In this document: piece after piece, positions 54,412 to 63,757 of the stretch | How the letters are laid out: every line of letters begins with the position of its first letter | How positions within the stretch are numbered: position 1 is the stretch's first letter | Assembly: GCA_023700255.1 (NCBI GenBank) | Contig: JAJPRD010000005.1 | Location: forward strand, 2,077 to 66,076 | Origin: Candidatus Thalassarchaeaceae archaeon | GTDB taxonomy: Archaea > Thermoplasmatota > Poseidoniia > Poseidoniales > Thalassarchaeaceae | Length of the DNA stretch: 64,000 nt | Direction of reading: 5' to 3' | The notes under the pieces: generated by a model | Database searches by the model: none | What the model saw: the letters and a program-made list of their open reading frames with translations, nothing else | Told to the model about the DNA's origin: nothing | Program-made: the position numbers and the translations under genes

Positions 54412-55431
54412 TTAACCGAAGAGATCGCCAAGTCCACCGAACCCAGCATCTTCTTCTTCCTCTTCTTCCACTTCGGCAGCAGGAGCCGAAGCACCTGCAT
54501 CCGATCCTACCGTTTCAGAGGATACGGTAGCAGCACTAGAAGCAGCACCAAGTGCTGCTGTTAGTTCTTCATCAAGTGCTGAGGAATCTAGTTGGCTGGC
54601 TAATGCCAGCATTCGTGCATTTGCACGCATTACAAAGTATTCAGCAGTCTTGTCGTTGACAATACCTGCTTCGACGGCAACTGCGAGTGCTTCGCTGCTA
54701 GCCTTTGATAGTAATATTGGAGTCGTTTCATTAGAGAACCAACGAGCATTACATGCCAGATTGAAAGCACGAGATGTTGCAATAACTACATCATCTCTGA
54801 ATTCATCTAGGTCCAAATCTAAATCGTCTGCTGGCATTAATAAACCATCTTCAATAACGCCAATTAGCATTAATCCAATTTCTATTGGATTAATCCCTAG
54901 TTTCGCTAACATCATACCAAGATCTGCTGACATAGGTTCTCCAGCATTTACTACAGTGGTATCTTTTGGAATAGCTATTTTTCCTCTTTCAATTTTAGCA
55001 GGAATTCCAACAGCATTGAATTCACCAACTAATGGCCCAGGTGCGAACTCCGTTGGGCCAGCTGGAACTACAATATCGATTGGAGCCAATTCTCCTTCTT
55101 TAGCTGCACGTCCCTGACGTGTTTTCTTTAACTCATTGAATAATTCGTAAGAATTTAATTTATCACTGTGCACTAAACAAGGTTGTGTTGCACCTTCGAA
55201 AATAACTTCTAACTCTTCTGCAACACGTCCAGTTTGTAACCATGCTAATCTAATAAGCGTCTTTTTTGCCATTGTCATAGTAAGAACGTCTCTGAGAGAG
55301 CTTCGCATATCTAACATATTTTTTGCTGGTACTCCACCGATGTCAACTATGCCTACTACTCCGTTACCACTGATAATTTCAACCAGTTCATTAACACGGC
55401 CTTCTTTCCAAGTAGCTATCTTTGGGATCAT
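54412..55431 (-). CDS. rpl10: Ribosomal protein uL10 (acidic stalk protein P0)
   Basis: Length, position, and the C-terminal EEEEEEDAGFGGLGDLFG tail. Overlaps rpl1 by 4 nt (ATGA). Confidence 0.9.
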   Translation of the reverse strand: MIPKIATWKEGRVNELVEIISGNGVVGIVDIGGVPAKNMLDMRSSLRDVLTMTMAKKTLIRLAWLQTGRVAEELEVIFEGATQPCLVHSDKLNSYELFNELKKTRQGRAAKEGELAPIDIVVPAGPTEFAPGPLVGEFNAVGIPAKIERGKIAIPKDTTVVNAGEPMSADLGMMLAKLGINPIEIGLMLIGVIEDGLLMPADDLDLDLDEFRDDVVIATSRAFNLACNARWFSNETTPILLSKASSEALAVAVEAGIVNDKTAEYFVMRANARMLALASQLDSSALDEELTAALGAASSAATVSSETVGSDAGASAPAAEVEEEEEEDAGFGGLGDLFG

Positions 55432-56075
55432 GAGTTAGCAACCTCCACTTTAATTGCTGGTCCCATTGAAGTTTTTATGTAGCAAGATCTGATGTTGCTA
55501 GGGCCACGATCTAATTTACCCATCACTCTTTTCCAAATGGCTAATGCATTAGCAGTCAACTCTTCTATTGTTTGACTTCGTGTACCTATTGCAATGTGAA
55601 AAGTGACCTTATCTCTAGAACGTACGATTGCAGTATCCTTTAGTCCACCTGCTATCATTGCAGGATCTACCGGTGGAGGAACTGGACGTGGCATTTTTCC
55701 ACGAGGACCTAGAACTACTCCGAGGAATCTTCCCACGGTTCCCATATGAGGTATCTCAGATAAGAAGAAATCAAAATTATTTGCCATCTTCCTAGCAGTT
55801 TGACGATTTCCACCCAAGTCTTCGATTGTAGATGGATCAATGATTTCTAAACCAGCTTTTCTAGCCTTAGCTGCCATTTCTCCACCAGCAAACATTGCTA
55901 TTTTTACTTCCTTTCCTCTTCCTGAAGGAAGTCTTACTTCTTCTTGGATACGATTTGATGGGTTTTTAAGATCAACATCTTTCAATGTGATGGACATTTC
56001 TAATGATTCAATGAACTTACGTTCAGGAGATTCATCAAGAGCTGTTTGAATTGCGTTTTGTAAACTTTTTTCCAT
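55428..56075 (-). CDS. rpl1: Ribosomal protein uL1
   Basis: 215 aa. FIESLEMSITLKDVDLK, GKEVKIAMFA and GPRGKMP, plus its position in the conserved cluster. Confidence 0.9.
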   Translation of the reverse strand: MEKSLQNAIQTALDESPERKFIESLEMSITLKDVDLKNPSNRIQEEVRLPSGRGKEVKIAMFAGGEMAAKARKAGLEIIDPSTIEDLGGNRQTARKMANNFDFFLSEIPHMGTVGRFLGVVLGPRGKMPRPVPPPVDPAMIAGGLKDTAIVRSRDKVTFHIAIGTRSQTIEELTANALAIWKRVMGKLDRGPSNIRSCYIKTSMGPAIKVEVANS

Positions 56076-56130
56076 TTTCTTTCACCCCTGCGGTTAACGA
56101 AGTTTCCTTCTCCCGTAACTCGTGTCTGAC

Positions 56131-56409
56131 TTAACTAAAATGCTCGCTAAATCTCCCTTCACTCATTGCACTCAATGCTTCCTTAGGAACCATTCCTTCT
56201 ACACTGACTCTCATAGATACACAAGTCCCCATTACTTCACGGCATCTTGCATACAAAGTACTACCAGTCAAACGGTCTTTTTGTGTTTCTGCAATCTCTT
56301 TAACTTGATCCATTGTCAAGTTCTCAGTTGCAGCTTCCCAAGACCCATTACAAGATTTAATTCCCAGTTTCTGATTGACCAAATGTGGTGTTTCATTTCT
56401 ATCTGACAT
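56131..56409 (-). CDS. rpl11: Ribosomal protein uL11, C-terminal (rRNA-binding) domain only; the N-terminal domain is absent from the locus
   Basis: 92 aa that align by eye to residues about 70-160 of archaeal L11 (LGIK...NLTMDQVKEIAE...REVMGTCVSMRVSVEG). The ATG is preceded by AGGAGGT at 6-nt spacing. Confidence 0.8.
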   Translation of the reverse strand: MSDRNETPHLVNQKLGIKSCNGSWEAATENLTMDQVKEIAETQKDRLTGSTLYARCREVMGTCVSMRVSVEGMVPKEALSAMSEGRFSEHFS

Positions 56410-56494
56410 TGTGTAACCTCCTGTAATTGTGTCTCGCCGACCTACTCGCCCTATTTCATATTGATGTAAAAACTAATTTCCTTGATTCTCCAAA

Positions 56495-57361
56495 TCACTC
56501 TACTCTTTGAGTAACTCTTACTTGGTCTGCTCGCACAGTCAAAGCAACCGGTACAGCCGCTTCGAATAATTCAACCGTAACTTCTTCTTTTGATTCAGTG
56601 ACACGTATTACACGAGCATTTTGACCTCTAAACGCTCCTCCAACTATTTCACAAAGACTTCCTTCTTCTATACCAGAAGTTGCAGCTTTTGGTTCTAGAT
56701 AAGGTAGAACATCTTCTAATGGAGATTCACCGGGCAAAACCTTTCTACAATTTTTTAACGGAGTAACTCCAATTCCAACTCTCCCTATTAATTTCTCAAC
56801 ATGATGTAATGCGGACGCTTCAACGAAAATATATCCTCTCATAAAGTGAGGATTCAAAACTCCAAAAATCTCATCTTGGATATCTAGTAGGGAACCTGTT
56901 CCAGATAACCTCGCACGAATTTCTTTTGCGACATTTTGCTCTTGTCCAATTGATGTCTTGAGAATGTATAGATATGAAGCAACGTCTCCATACATTTCTG
57001 TCAACTTTGGAGTTGAATATTCTTTATCCTTAATTCTACCTGGGTCTACCCATTCACAATTTTTGTATAGAGTGGTTGGCTTGATGTCATCCGAACTACA
57101 AATACATAGAATTGGTGTAACATCATTTAATCTATTTCCATATTCTAATCCACGTGCAGCCCCAGTTCTAACAAATTCAAAACTTTCTTCAGATAAGCCC
57201 GTACATTCAGATACTCTTTTTGCTACAATTTCTAAATCACTTGGATCACCTAATCCATAGATTCCATCCCATGCACCAGGGAAGTCAGAGATTCCATCCG
57301 CTCTTTGCATTAGCAAAACTTTTTCTTCATTTCTTAGATAAACTGTGAATGCTTCAGACAT
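56495..57361 (-). CDS. spt5: Transcription elongation factor Spt5 (NusG; NGN+KOW) with an N-terminal Nudix-like extension of about 128 aa
   Basis: C-terminal half: YILKTSIGQEQNVAKEI...GYIFVEA... (NGN) and EGSLCEIVGGAFRGQNARVIRV (KOW). The N-terminal half is Nudix-fold-like: KVLLMQRADGISDFPGAWDGIYG. Confidence 0.85.
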   Translation of the reverse strand: MSEAFTVYLRNEEKVLLMQRADGISDFPGAWDGIYGLGDPSDLEIVAKRVSECTGLSEESFEFVRTGAARGLEYGNRLNDVTPILCICSSDDIKPTTLYKNCEWVDPGRIKDKEYSTPKLTEMYGDVASYLYILKTSIGQEQNVAKEIRARLSGTGSLLDIQDEIFGVLNPHFMRGYIFVEASALHHVEKLIGRVGIGVTPLKNCRKVLPGESPLEDVLPYLEPKAATSGIEEGSLCEIVGGAFRGQNARVIRVTESKEEVTVELFEAAVPVALTVRADQVRVTQRVE

Positions 57362-57371
57362 ATTTTACACC

Positions 57372-57638
57372 TCATGATCCTGTTAACCAATCTAAAAACG
57401 ATGGAATTACGTTATTCATCATTGCCTGAACGCCGAAGCCGAACAAACCTAGAATGAACATTCCAATGCCACAAACTATCATAGTTTGCCTAAATTGAAC
57501 CTTTGTTGGCTTACGTGCCATTTTCAAAATTCTTGCATAGGAACCAGTTTGTAGACTTCTTACGCGACTCTCAATATCATCTTGCCAGTCTTGGAATTTC
57601 TCCTCAACTTTGTTAACTTTGGAATCCTCGACACTCAT
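57372..57638 (-). CDS. secE: Protein translocase subunit SecE/Sec61-gamma
   Basis: ARKPTKVQFRQTMIVCGIGMFILGLFGFGV, a single C-terminal TM, and its position upstream of spt5. Confidence 0.75.
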   Translation of the reverse strand: MSVEDSKVNKVEEKFQDWQDDIESRVRSLQTGSYARILKMARKPTKVQFRQTMIVCGIGMFILGLFGFGVQAMMNNVIPSFLDWLTGS

Positions 57639-57730
57639 CGTTCTCCCTCAAATCTGTCCAAGCGTCCGGCCAATTCCATTTAAGGGCGACGGGGAACAAC
57701 GTCCTCAAGACAATATGGAGAATATCTAAA

Positions 57731-58840
57731 TTAAGAGATAAATTCCACTGTTCTACTTCTTAAATTTCTCATCTGAGTGTGCATTGAAGCACCATGAATT
57801 TGCTCGCTCTTTACTCCTGTAAGTACTAATAACACTCTAATATTATTACCTAGTGTTTCATCTGTTGTTACTCCCCAGATTATTTTAGCATAATTATTTA
57901 TTTTTCCTCTAATTATTTTTGCACAATTCTCGGCTTCTCCTAGTGACAAACTAGGACCTCCAACTACATTGATTAGCGCACCTCTAGCATCTGAAATATC
58001 CATATCTAACAATGGATTTTCTAAGGCTTCATTTGTTGCAATTTCAGCGGTTTCACCTTCCCCAAGTCCTATGACTCCTATTCCGCCTCCATTACTAAGG
58101 ACGGATTTCAGATCTTGAAAATCAAGGTTCACAATACCTTCTTTAGATATCATTTCTGAAACTCCAGATATGCTTCTGACTAATAGCTCATCAGCAACAC
58201 GGAACGCCGCATCAAGAGGTAATTGCTTAACAGCCTCAATTTCTAATAACCTCTCATTTGGTAGGACAATAACTGTATCTGCAGTTTCTTTTAGCCTTTC
58301 CAAGCCCCAATCAGCGTTTTGTTTTCTTAAAGATCCTTCTGATATAAACGGATAACTTACAACAGCTATTGTCAAAGCACCTGCTTGCTTTGCCAATCGG
58401 GATATTACAGGGGCGGAACCTGTTCCTGATCCGCCCCCTAACCCTGCTGTGATGAAAGCAAGGTCACAATCCTCAACTTCAGTCTTCAATATTCTTTCAG
58501 ACTCATATGCGGCTTGTTCTCCTTTTTCTGGGTCGCCACCTGCCCCCCTGCCTCGGGCTGTGCGACCAATTAGGATTTTATTTTCTACTGCAACTTTTAG
58601 TAAGTGTTGCGCATCAGTATTAATTGCCATTCCTCTTACATATTCATCATCAAATAATGATTCAGCTTGTAATCTTGCAACAGCATTACTACCTGCACCT
58701 CCACAACCAAATACTCTTATTTTGGGTTGTAATGACTTTAGTAGCTCATGTAAATTTAAATCTTCAACAGGTTCAGTCTTATGTTGAGCAGCAATTTCAT
58801 CTTCTTGAAGCTCCAGAACTCTGTCTATTAGATGCTTCAC
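57731..58840 (-). CDS. ftsZ: Cell division GTPase FtsZ
   Basis: FGCGGAGSNAV, the tubulin signature GLGGGSGTGSAPV, and NTDAQHL. Confidence 0.95.
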   Translation of the reverse strand: MKHLIDRVLELQEDEIAAQHKTEPVEDLNLHELLKSLQPKIRVFGCGGAGSNAVARLQAESLFDDEYVRGMAINTDAQHLLKVAVENKILIGRTARGRGAGGDPEKGEQAAYESERILKTEVEDCDLAFITAGLGGGSGTGSAPVISRLAKQAGALTIAVVSYPFISEGSLRKQNADWGLERLKETADTVIVLPNERLLEIEAVKQLPLDAAFRVADELLVRSISGVSEMISKEGIVNLDFQDLKSVLSNGGGIGVIGLGEGETAEIATNEALENPLLDMDISDARGALINVVGGPSLSLGEAENCAKIIRGKINNYAKIIWGVTTDETLGNNIRVLLVLTGVKSEQIHGASMHTQMRNLRSRTVEFIS

Positions 58841-58930
58841 GGAGTGACAGGCGTATTAGGAAGAGGATAACTATTCCCCCAATCTATAACTCTAAGAACC
58901 CTGTTTTATCAGTAATTAACAATTGCCAAA

Positions 58931-59608
58931 TTATCCCAATAGTCCTTTTCTAGTTTTAATGAATCTGATTAAGAATGTGTAAATTCCTCCCCATGCAGAA
59001 ACTGCTATTGCAAACGTTATTCCGTTTAATTCAGAATTGCCTAAAATTAACCAATCAAAATACTCATGGATACTATCACTTGCAATCCCTTTTGTATTGG
59101 TAAATGCTTGAATTGCGGCTACTAACAATCCAGCCAATGTCCAACATAACCTATCTGCCCTTGAGAATCCCTCATACATTCTTCCAAGTCCAACAGATTG
59201 TGCTTGTGTCCCCATGTATGATCCAAGCAACGAAAATAGAGCCGCCATTGATCCAGAACTCATGTCATCAACAAATGCCACATTCATTCCCAATGCAACA
59301 AGAAGTCCTACATCCACAATCCGATCTATTGTATGATCTAAGAAATCTCCATATGGGCCATCAGTTCCTTGATGCCGGGCTAATGCACCATCCAATGCAT
59401 CAAAAATACCTGCTATTATTATTAGGATAATACCTCCTATTATCATCATAGAACCTGTTACATCAAACTCTGCTACGGCAAGAAGTACGAATGCGATTAT
59501 TGCAATGACTAAACTAGTCCATGTCAGGATATTAGGATCCAGATCACCCATTCTAATTATTATGGGTTCAGTTGCCTTTGTCCACGTTTCCCTAAATTTT
59601 TCAAACAT
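58931..59608 (-). CDS. CDP-alcohol phosphatidyltransferase family protein (archaeal polar-lipid headgroup synthase)
   Basis: DALDGALARHQGTDGPYGDFLDHTIDRIVD matches D-G-x2-A-R-x8-G-x3-D-x3-D. ATG 59608 is preceded by ggagga and preferred to 59638. Confidence 0.85.
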   Translation of the reverse strand: MFEKFRETWTKATEPIIIRMGDLDPNILTWTSLVIAIIAFVLLAVAEFDVTGSMMIIGGIILIIIAGIFDALDGALARHQGTDGPYGDFLDHTIDRIVDVGLLVALGMNVAFVDDMSSGSMAALFSLLGSYMGTQAQSVGLGRMYEGFSRADRLCWTLAGLLVAAIQAFTNTKGIASDSIHEYFDWLILGNSELNGITFAIAVSAWGGIYTFLIRFIKTRKGLLG

Positions 59609-59609
59609 A

Positions 59610-60206
59610 CTATTCCTCCATTTCTGATACCCAGTCAATTACTGACGAAGGCCTATCGGGCTTGAATCCATCTGATATCCACAAAGATAAATTCATAACA
59701 ATGCTATGAACATCATTTTTCGTAGTGTCATATTCATTCCAAGGAACTTCACTATCTTTCTCATTCCAAGAACTTCCCAAGAGTTCCCAGTCGCAATTTC
59801 CAAGTATTTTATTTTCCGAATATTTTCTCTTCTTCAACCGTTCCTCAAGAACTTTGGGTGAACATCGAAGAACGACAACTGCATCAGTTGGTAAATGATG
59901 AGAAAGATGACCATCGATAATTAGTGGCTCTAAGGGAGGAGTGCTCCAATCTTTTTCTATAGCATCAATCAATGCATCCAAGTCAATTGGGCGTGCGTGA
60001 TCTATGGGGTCTATTCCTCCAATACAATTGTGTTCTACTGCCAACTCCTCAACAGATATCACATGAAACCCAAGATTTTCAAATTCTTTTGCAAGTGTAC
60101 TTTTACCACTTCCTGGAGAGCCCGTAATGGAGAGACGGTAAGGCACTATCACAAACGTCACGACAACGTGATATCTCATGAATACTCTGTGTTCCAAGCG
60201 CAACAT
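59610..60206 (-). CDS. Fap7/AK6-like adenylate kinase (ribosome biogenesis NTPase)
   Basis: P-loop ITGSPGSGKST; VVLRCSPKVLEERLKKRKYSENKILGNCDWELLG is typical of the AK6/Fap7 family. The true start is probably internal. Confidence 0.7.
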   Translation of the reverse strand: MLRLEHRVFMRYHVVVTFVIVPYRLSITGSPGSGKSTLAKEFENLGFHVISVEELAVEHNCIGGIDPIDHARPIDLDALIDAIEKDWSTPPLEPLIIDGHLSHHLPTDAVVVLRCSPKVLEERLKKRKYSENKILGNCDWELLGSSWNEKDSEVPWNEYDTTKNDVHSIVMNLSLWISDGFKPDRPSSVIDWVSEMEE

Positions 60207-60245
60207 TGACTTCTAATCGTATGCACCAGCACGATAGGGAACTAC

Positions 60246-61379
60246 ATGAGTACATCATATCAAGGGCTAATTAAAGCCATAAATCCAATCGAATCGAAAC
60301 TCAATTTTTTACTATTAGCGATACCAATTTGCTGCTATTTTGCTTATGTTTCACATAATGAAACAAATGCCTTTTTTACTTCAATGGTAGCTATAATGCC
60401 CCTTGCTTTCTTAATGGGCCATGCCACAGAAGAAATTGCACTACGTACATCAGATTCTATTGGGGGGTTACTAAATGCAACTTTTGGTAATGCAGCAGAG
60501 ATAATAATCTGTGTATTAGCACTTTGGTCTGCGTACAAAGCAGGAGCAGATTCAGAAACAGCAGTAATTATGATTAAAATCGTACAAGCAAGTTTGATTG
60601 GCAGTATTCTTGGAAATTTATTACTTGTTATGGGGCTAGCATTTGTTTGGGGAGGAATACATCATAAAGTTCAGTCATTCAACGAGACGCAATTTGGATC
60701 CAATAATTCATTATTATTACTCGCCGTGATCACATTAGTTATACCGACTGTATATCATTCAACTGTTTCGGGAATTGAAGGAGATACTGGAGTTGAAGAC
60801 CTTTCAAGGGCTGCAGCAGTAATATTACTTGGTTTATACATGCTATTCTTATTATTCCAATTAAAGACACATTCCGATTTATTTGCAACTGATGGTACTC
60901 ACGAGCATGAAGAGCCTAAAATGACTATGAATGAAGCAATTGCCCTTCTTGTCATATCTACTATTCTTGTTTCATGGATGGCAGAAATTTTAGTTCACTC
61001 TTTAGAATCTGCAGCAGAAGAAGTAAGTATGTCTCACTTATTCATAGGAGTAATTCTTTTGCCAATGTTCGGAAATGCAGCTGAGCATTTCACAGCAGTA
61101 TCCGTAGCTGCAAAAAACAAGATGGACCTCTCCTTTGCAATAGCTATCGGTTCAAGTACCCAGATAGCTGTTTTTGTAGCTCCTTTGATGGTTTTAGTTG
61201 CTTGGATGCTTGGATTACCATTAACATTTGAATTTGGATTATTAGAAACAGTTGCTGCTTTTCTTGCGGTTATGATAGTAAATACAATTGCTTCTGATGG
61301 TAAATCTAATTGGCTGGAAGGGTCTATGTTATTGGGAACTTATGCAGTTTTAGCATTGGCATTCTGGTTCCACCCATAA
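60246..61379 (+). CDS. Ca2+/H+ antiporter (CaCA/CAX family)
   Basis: Two alpha-repeats, GNAAEIIICV and GNAAEHFTAV, and about 11 TM helices. Confidence 0.9.
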   Translation: MSTSYQGLIKAINPIESKLNFLLLAIPICCYFAYVSHNETNAFFTSMVAIMPLAFLMGHATEEIALRTSDSIGGLLNATFGNAAEIIICVLALWSAYKAGADSETAVIMIKIVQASLIGSILGNLLLVMGLAFVWGGIHHKVQSFNETQFGSNNSLLLLAVITLVIPTVYHSTVSGIEGDTGVEDLSRAAAVILLGLYMLFLLFQLKTHSDLFATDGTHEHEEPKMTMNEAIALLVISTILVSWMAEILVHSLESAAEEVSMSHLFIGVILLPMFGNAAEHFTAVSVAAKNKMDLSFAIAIGSSTQIAVFVAPLMVLVAWMLGLPLTFEFGLLETVAAFLAVMIVNTIASDGKSNWLEGSMLLGTYAVLALAFWFHP

Positions 61380-61426
61380 GTAACAATTAACTCTAATCGT
61401 ATCAAAGCCGTCTAAAGGTTGAATAC

Positions 61427-61448
61427 TAATTTCCTATTTAGGAAATTA
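61427..61448. terminator. Small hairpin between convergent genes (9-bp stem, 4-nt loop)
   Basis: taatttcct-attt-aggaaatta. Confidence 0.3.
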
Positions 61449-61558
61449 TATTAGACGAATTCCATCAACTCTCTCCGTTTACGACCGTAAAATCTCATTT
61501 AAATAAATAAATCTATTATGAAATATCCTTGTGAATATCAAATGTCTGTAATGCCAAT

Positions 61559-63757
61559 TTAGACAACTGGAGGTACTAATACTTCACAATCTGAGCACCA
61601 CTCGATATTATAATCCCAAGTGATAAGTTGGATTTCATAGTCGACCTGTTCTCCATCATCGTTGTGCTGACATTGGAAGCTTCCGCCTTCTTCAGAATCA
61701 ACAGTAATGTCAAGGAAATAATCTCCAAGACCTTCTTCACCGAGATCGATAGAATTTTGAATTTCAGATTTCGAATAATTCGACTGAGTATCATTATTAC
61801 CTATTGCAAGTCCTTCATTTGCAGTGAACCATATCCAAAAAGGAGACTGACCTAATAAAAATCCTGGATAACCTTCATCAAATTCTCCTAATTTAATGCC
61901 ATTATTACCTTGTTGATTAGTGAAGGAATCAGTATCATTCCAATCAGGTAATCTAAGCAAATTATGCCGTACAGTGCCGGTAATTGTATCAGGTTCAGAA
62001 TTACCTCCTACTGCGCAACCTAGTCCACTACTAGTTTCGTCTTCATCGAACGATAGATAAACCAAAGCCCCTACCACATTGGTTCCATTTGGCCATGATT
62101 CAATTGAGTCAGAATTGAATGAAAGGGACAAGGTTTCTCCATCATTTATGTATTCAGAGCCTGAAGTAAAAATAACATTGTCTTGAGTATATGTTACTAG
62201 ATAGCCCCCTTTAGAATTAGATACATTTGAAGAATCAGGTGCGGAGACATAATACACGGCCTCACTCATAACTAGACCTAGTGCGATTACTATAGCAAAA
62301 GTTGCCAATTTTTCTTGAGTTGGTATCTCAAATCTTCCAAGAGAAGATATTTCTGGTGTTCGAATTTGATTCATTACAAAGTGAGCTATGAATGCAGCCC
62401 CCATGCCAGGTACAGAAGGAAATATTCCATCTGAATCTCCAAATTTCAGTAGACTCCATCCTATAACTCCAACAAAAGCTGATACCATCATCACAATAGA
62501 ATGTGTGGTGTCAGGTTTGTATCCCATCCATCGTATAATCAGTAACGGAATAAAAATTCCACCAAGACCGTAAACGGCAAGAATAACTAGCGTGAATACT
62601 GAGTCACCACCAGGAATGTATAGTCCACCTATTGAAATCATAGTTGCAAATGCTGCAACCACTAAAGTTACTTTCTTTGTGGTTTTGTGATCTTGTCTCC
62701 ATTCGGGTTTAATGTCATCTGTTATGGCAGCAGTACATGCTAGAACTTGACTGTCTGCTGTAGACATAGTTGCAGCAAAAATGGATGCAAGAATCATGCC
62801 AACACCAATCTGTGGCATTGTTTCCATTGCGAGCATTGGTAAGCCGAGTTCTGGATCGAAATCACTGGCTGTAAATAGAATACGACTAGCTAGGCCAATA
62901 ATTAACATCAATACTGTGAATGGAATTTGCCAAATAAAGAACCACACCATTGCTTGTTTACGATCTGATTCAGATCCAAGAGTCATTATTCTAGATACTA
63001 CTTGTGGTTGTCCTGCAATACCTAAACCGCCTAAAAAGAAGGCAAATGCCCACATTGAGAACCCAAATCTCAAATCAGGAGGTAATAACTTAGTTAGTGT
63101 TGGATCTTGAGCCTCGAGGCCTTCGGTAAGACCTCCAAAACCTCCAACTTCTTGTAATGCAATCCAGCAAAGAATGGTTGAGCCAAAAATCATCACACAA
63201 GACTGGACTGCATCCGTCCAAATTGAGGCCCTAATTCCTCCAGCATAGCAGTAAGCCACTACTAGAACAAAGCCAATCAGAATTCCAATTGTCTCATTCC
63301 ACCCCATCATAACGTAGAGTGCCTTTCCTCCAGAAGTGAGTTGAGCAGCTGCATATATACTAAGGAAAAGTACAGACAATATGGCGGCTAACTTTGCTTC
63401 TGGTGCACCAGCCTTATCGGCAACAAGAGACGAAAGTGAACGGACATTCCTTTCTTGGGCTTGTTCCTGAATAAATTTAAACAACCATACCCAAGCAACA
63501 ATTTGCCCGATTGTAGATAATAAGGCCAGCCAAATGACGTTGAAACCAAGCAGGTAAGTAAATCCAATAAATCCAATAAACATGAAACCGGAATTCCAAG
63601 TACTAACTGCAGATAATGCAGCTAATGCTGGGTGCATCCCTCTTCCAGCTACGAGGTAATCATCGGTTGTATCTTCTTTGACCAATGTAGATGCAAGACC
63701 TACTGCTGCAAATATAGACATAAAAAATAGAAATGAGAGAACTAATATCAAATCCAT
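61559..63757 (-). CDS. Sodium:solute symporter (SSF, PutP/PanF-like) with a C-terminal extracytoplasmic extension of about 230 aa
   Basis: About 13-14 TM helices with SSF-like motifs (DYLVAGRGMHP, GGIRASIWTDAVQ). After the last TM comes an acidic, Asn/Ser/Asp-rich domain. Confidence 0.85.
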   Translation of the reverse strand: MDLILVLSFLFFMSIFAAVGLASTLVKEDTTDDYLVAGRGMHPALAALSAVSTWNSGFMFIGFIGFTYLLGFNVIWLALLSTIGQIVAWVWLFKFIQEQAQERNVRSLSSLVADKAGAPEAKLAAILSVLFLSIYAAAQLTSGGKALYVMMGWNETIGILIGFVLVVAYCYAGGIRASIWTDAVQSCVMIFGSTILCWIALQEVGGFGGLTEGLEAQDPTLTKLLPPDLRFGFSMWAFAFFLGGLGIAGQPQVVSRIMTLGSESDRKQAMVWFFIWQIPFTVLMLIIGLASRILFTASDFDPELGLPMLAMETMPQIGVGMILASIFAATMSTADSQVLACTAAITDDIKPEWRQDHKTTKKVTLVVAAFATMISIGGLYIPGGDSVFTLVILAVYGLGGIFIPLLIIRWMGYKPDTTHSIVMMVSAFVGVIGWSLLKFGDSDGIFPSVPGMGAAFIAHFVMNQIRTPEISSLGRFEIPTQEKLATFAIVIALGLVMSEAVYYVSAPDSSNVSNSKGGYLVTYTQDNVIFTSGSEYINDGETLSLSFNSDSIESWPNGTNVVGALVYLSFDEDETSSGLGCAVGGNSEPDTITGTVRHNLLRLPDWNDTDSFTNQQGNNGIKLGEFDEGYPGFLLGQSPFWIWFTANEGLAIGNNDTQSNYSKSEIQNSIDLGEEGLGDYFLDITVDSEEGGSFQCQHNDDGEQVDYEIQLITWDYNIEWCSDCEVLVPPVV

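Noticed and set aside
56076-56130. Possible L1 autoregulatory mRNA site in the rpl11-rpl1 spacer (minus-strand gggagaaggaaacttcg...).
   Set aside because: I only have a vague memory of the Methanococcus L1 operator and cannot align it reliably by eye. A GGGGTGA Shine-Dalgarno is the only solid element.
57639-57730. A G+C-richer 92-nt spacer upstream of secE, checked for a tRNA or small RNA.
   Set aside because: No acceptor or T-arm (GTTCRAATC) structure can be drawn on either strand. It is probably the secE leader or promoter.
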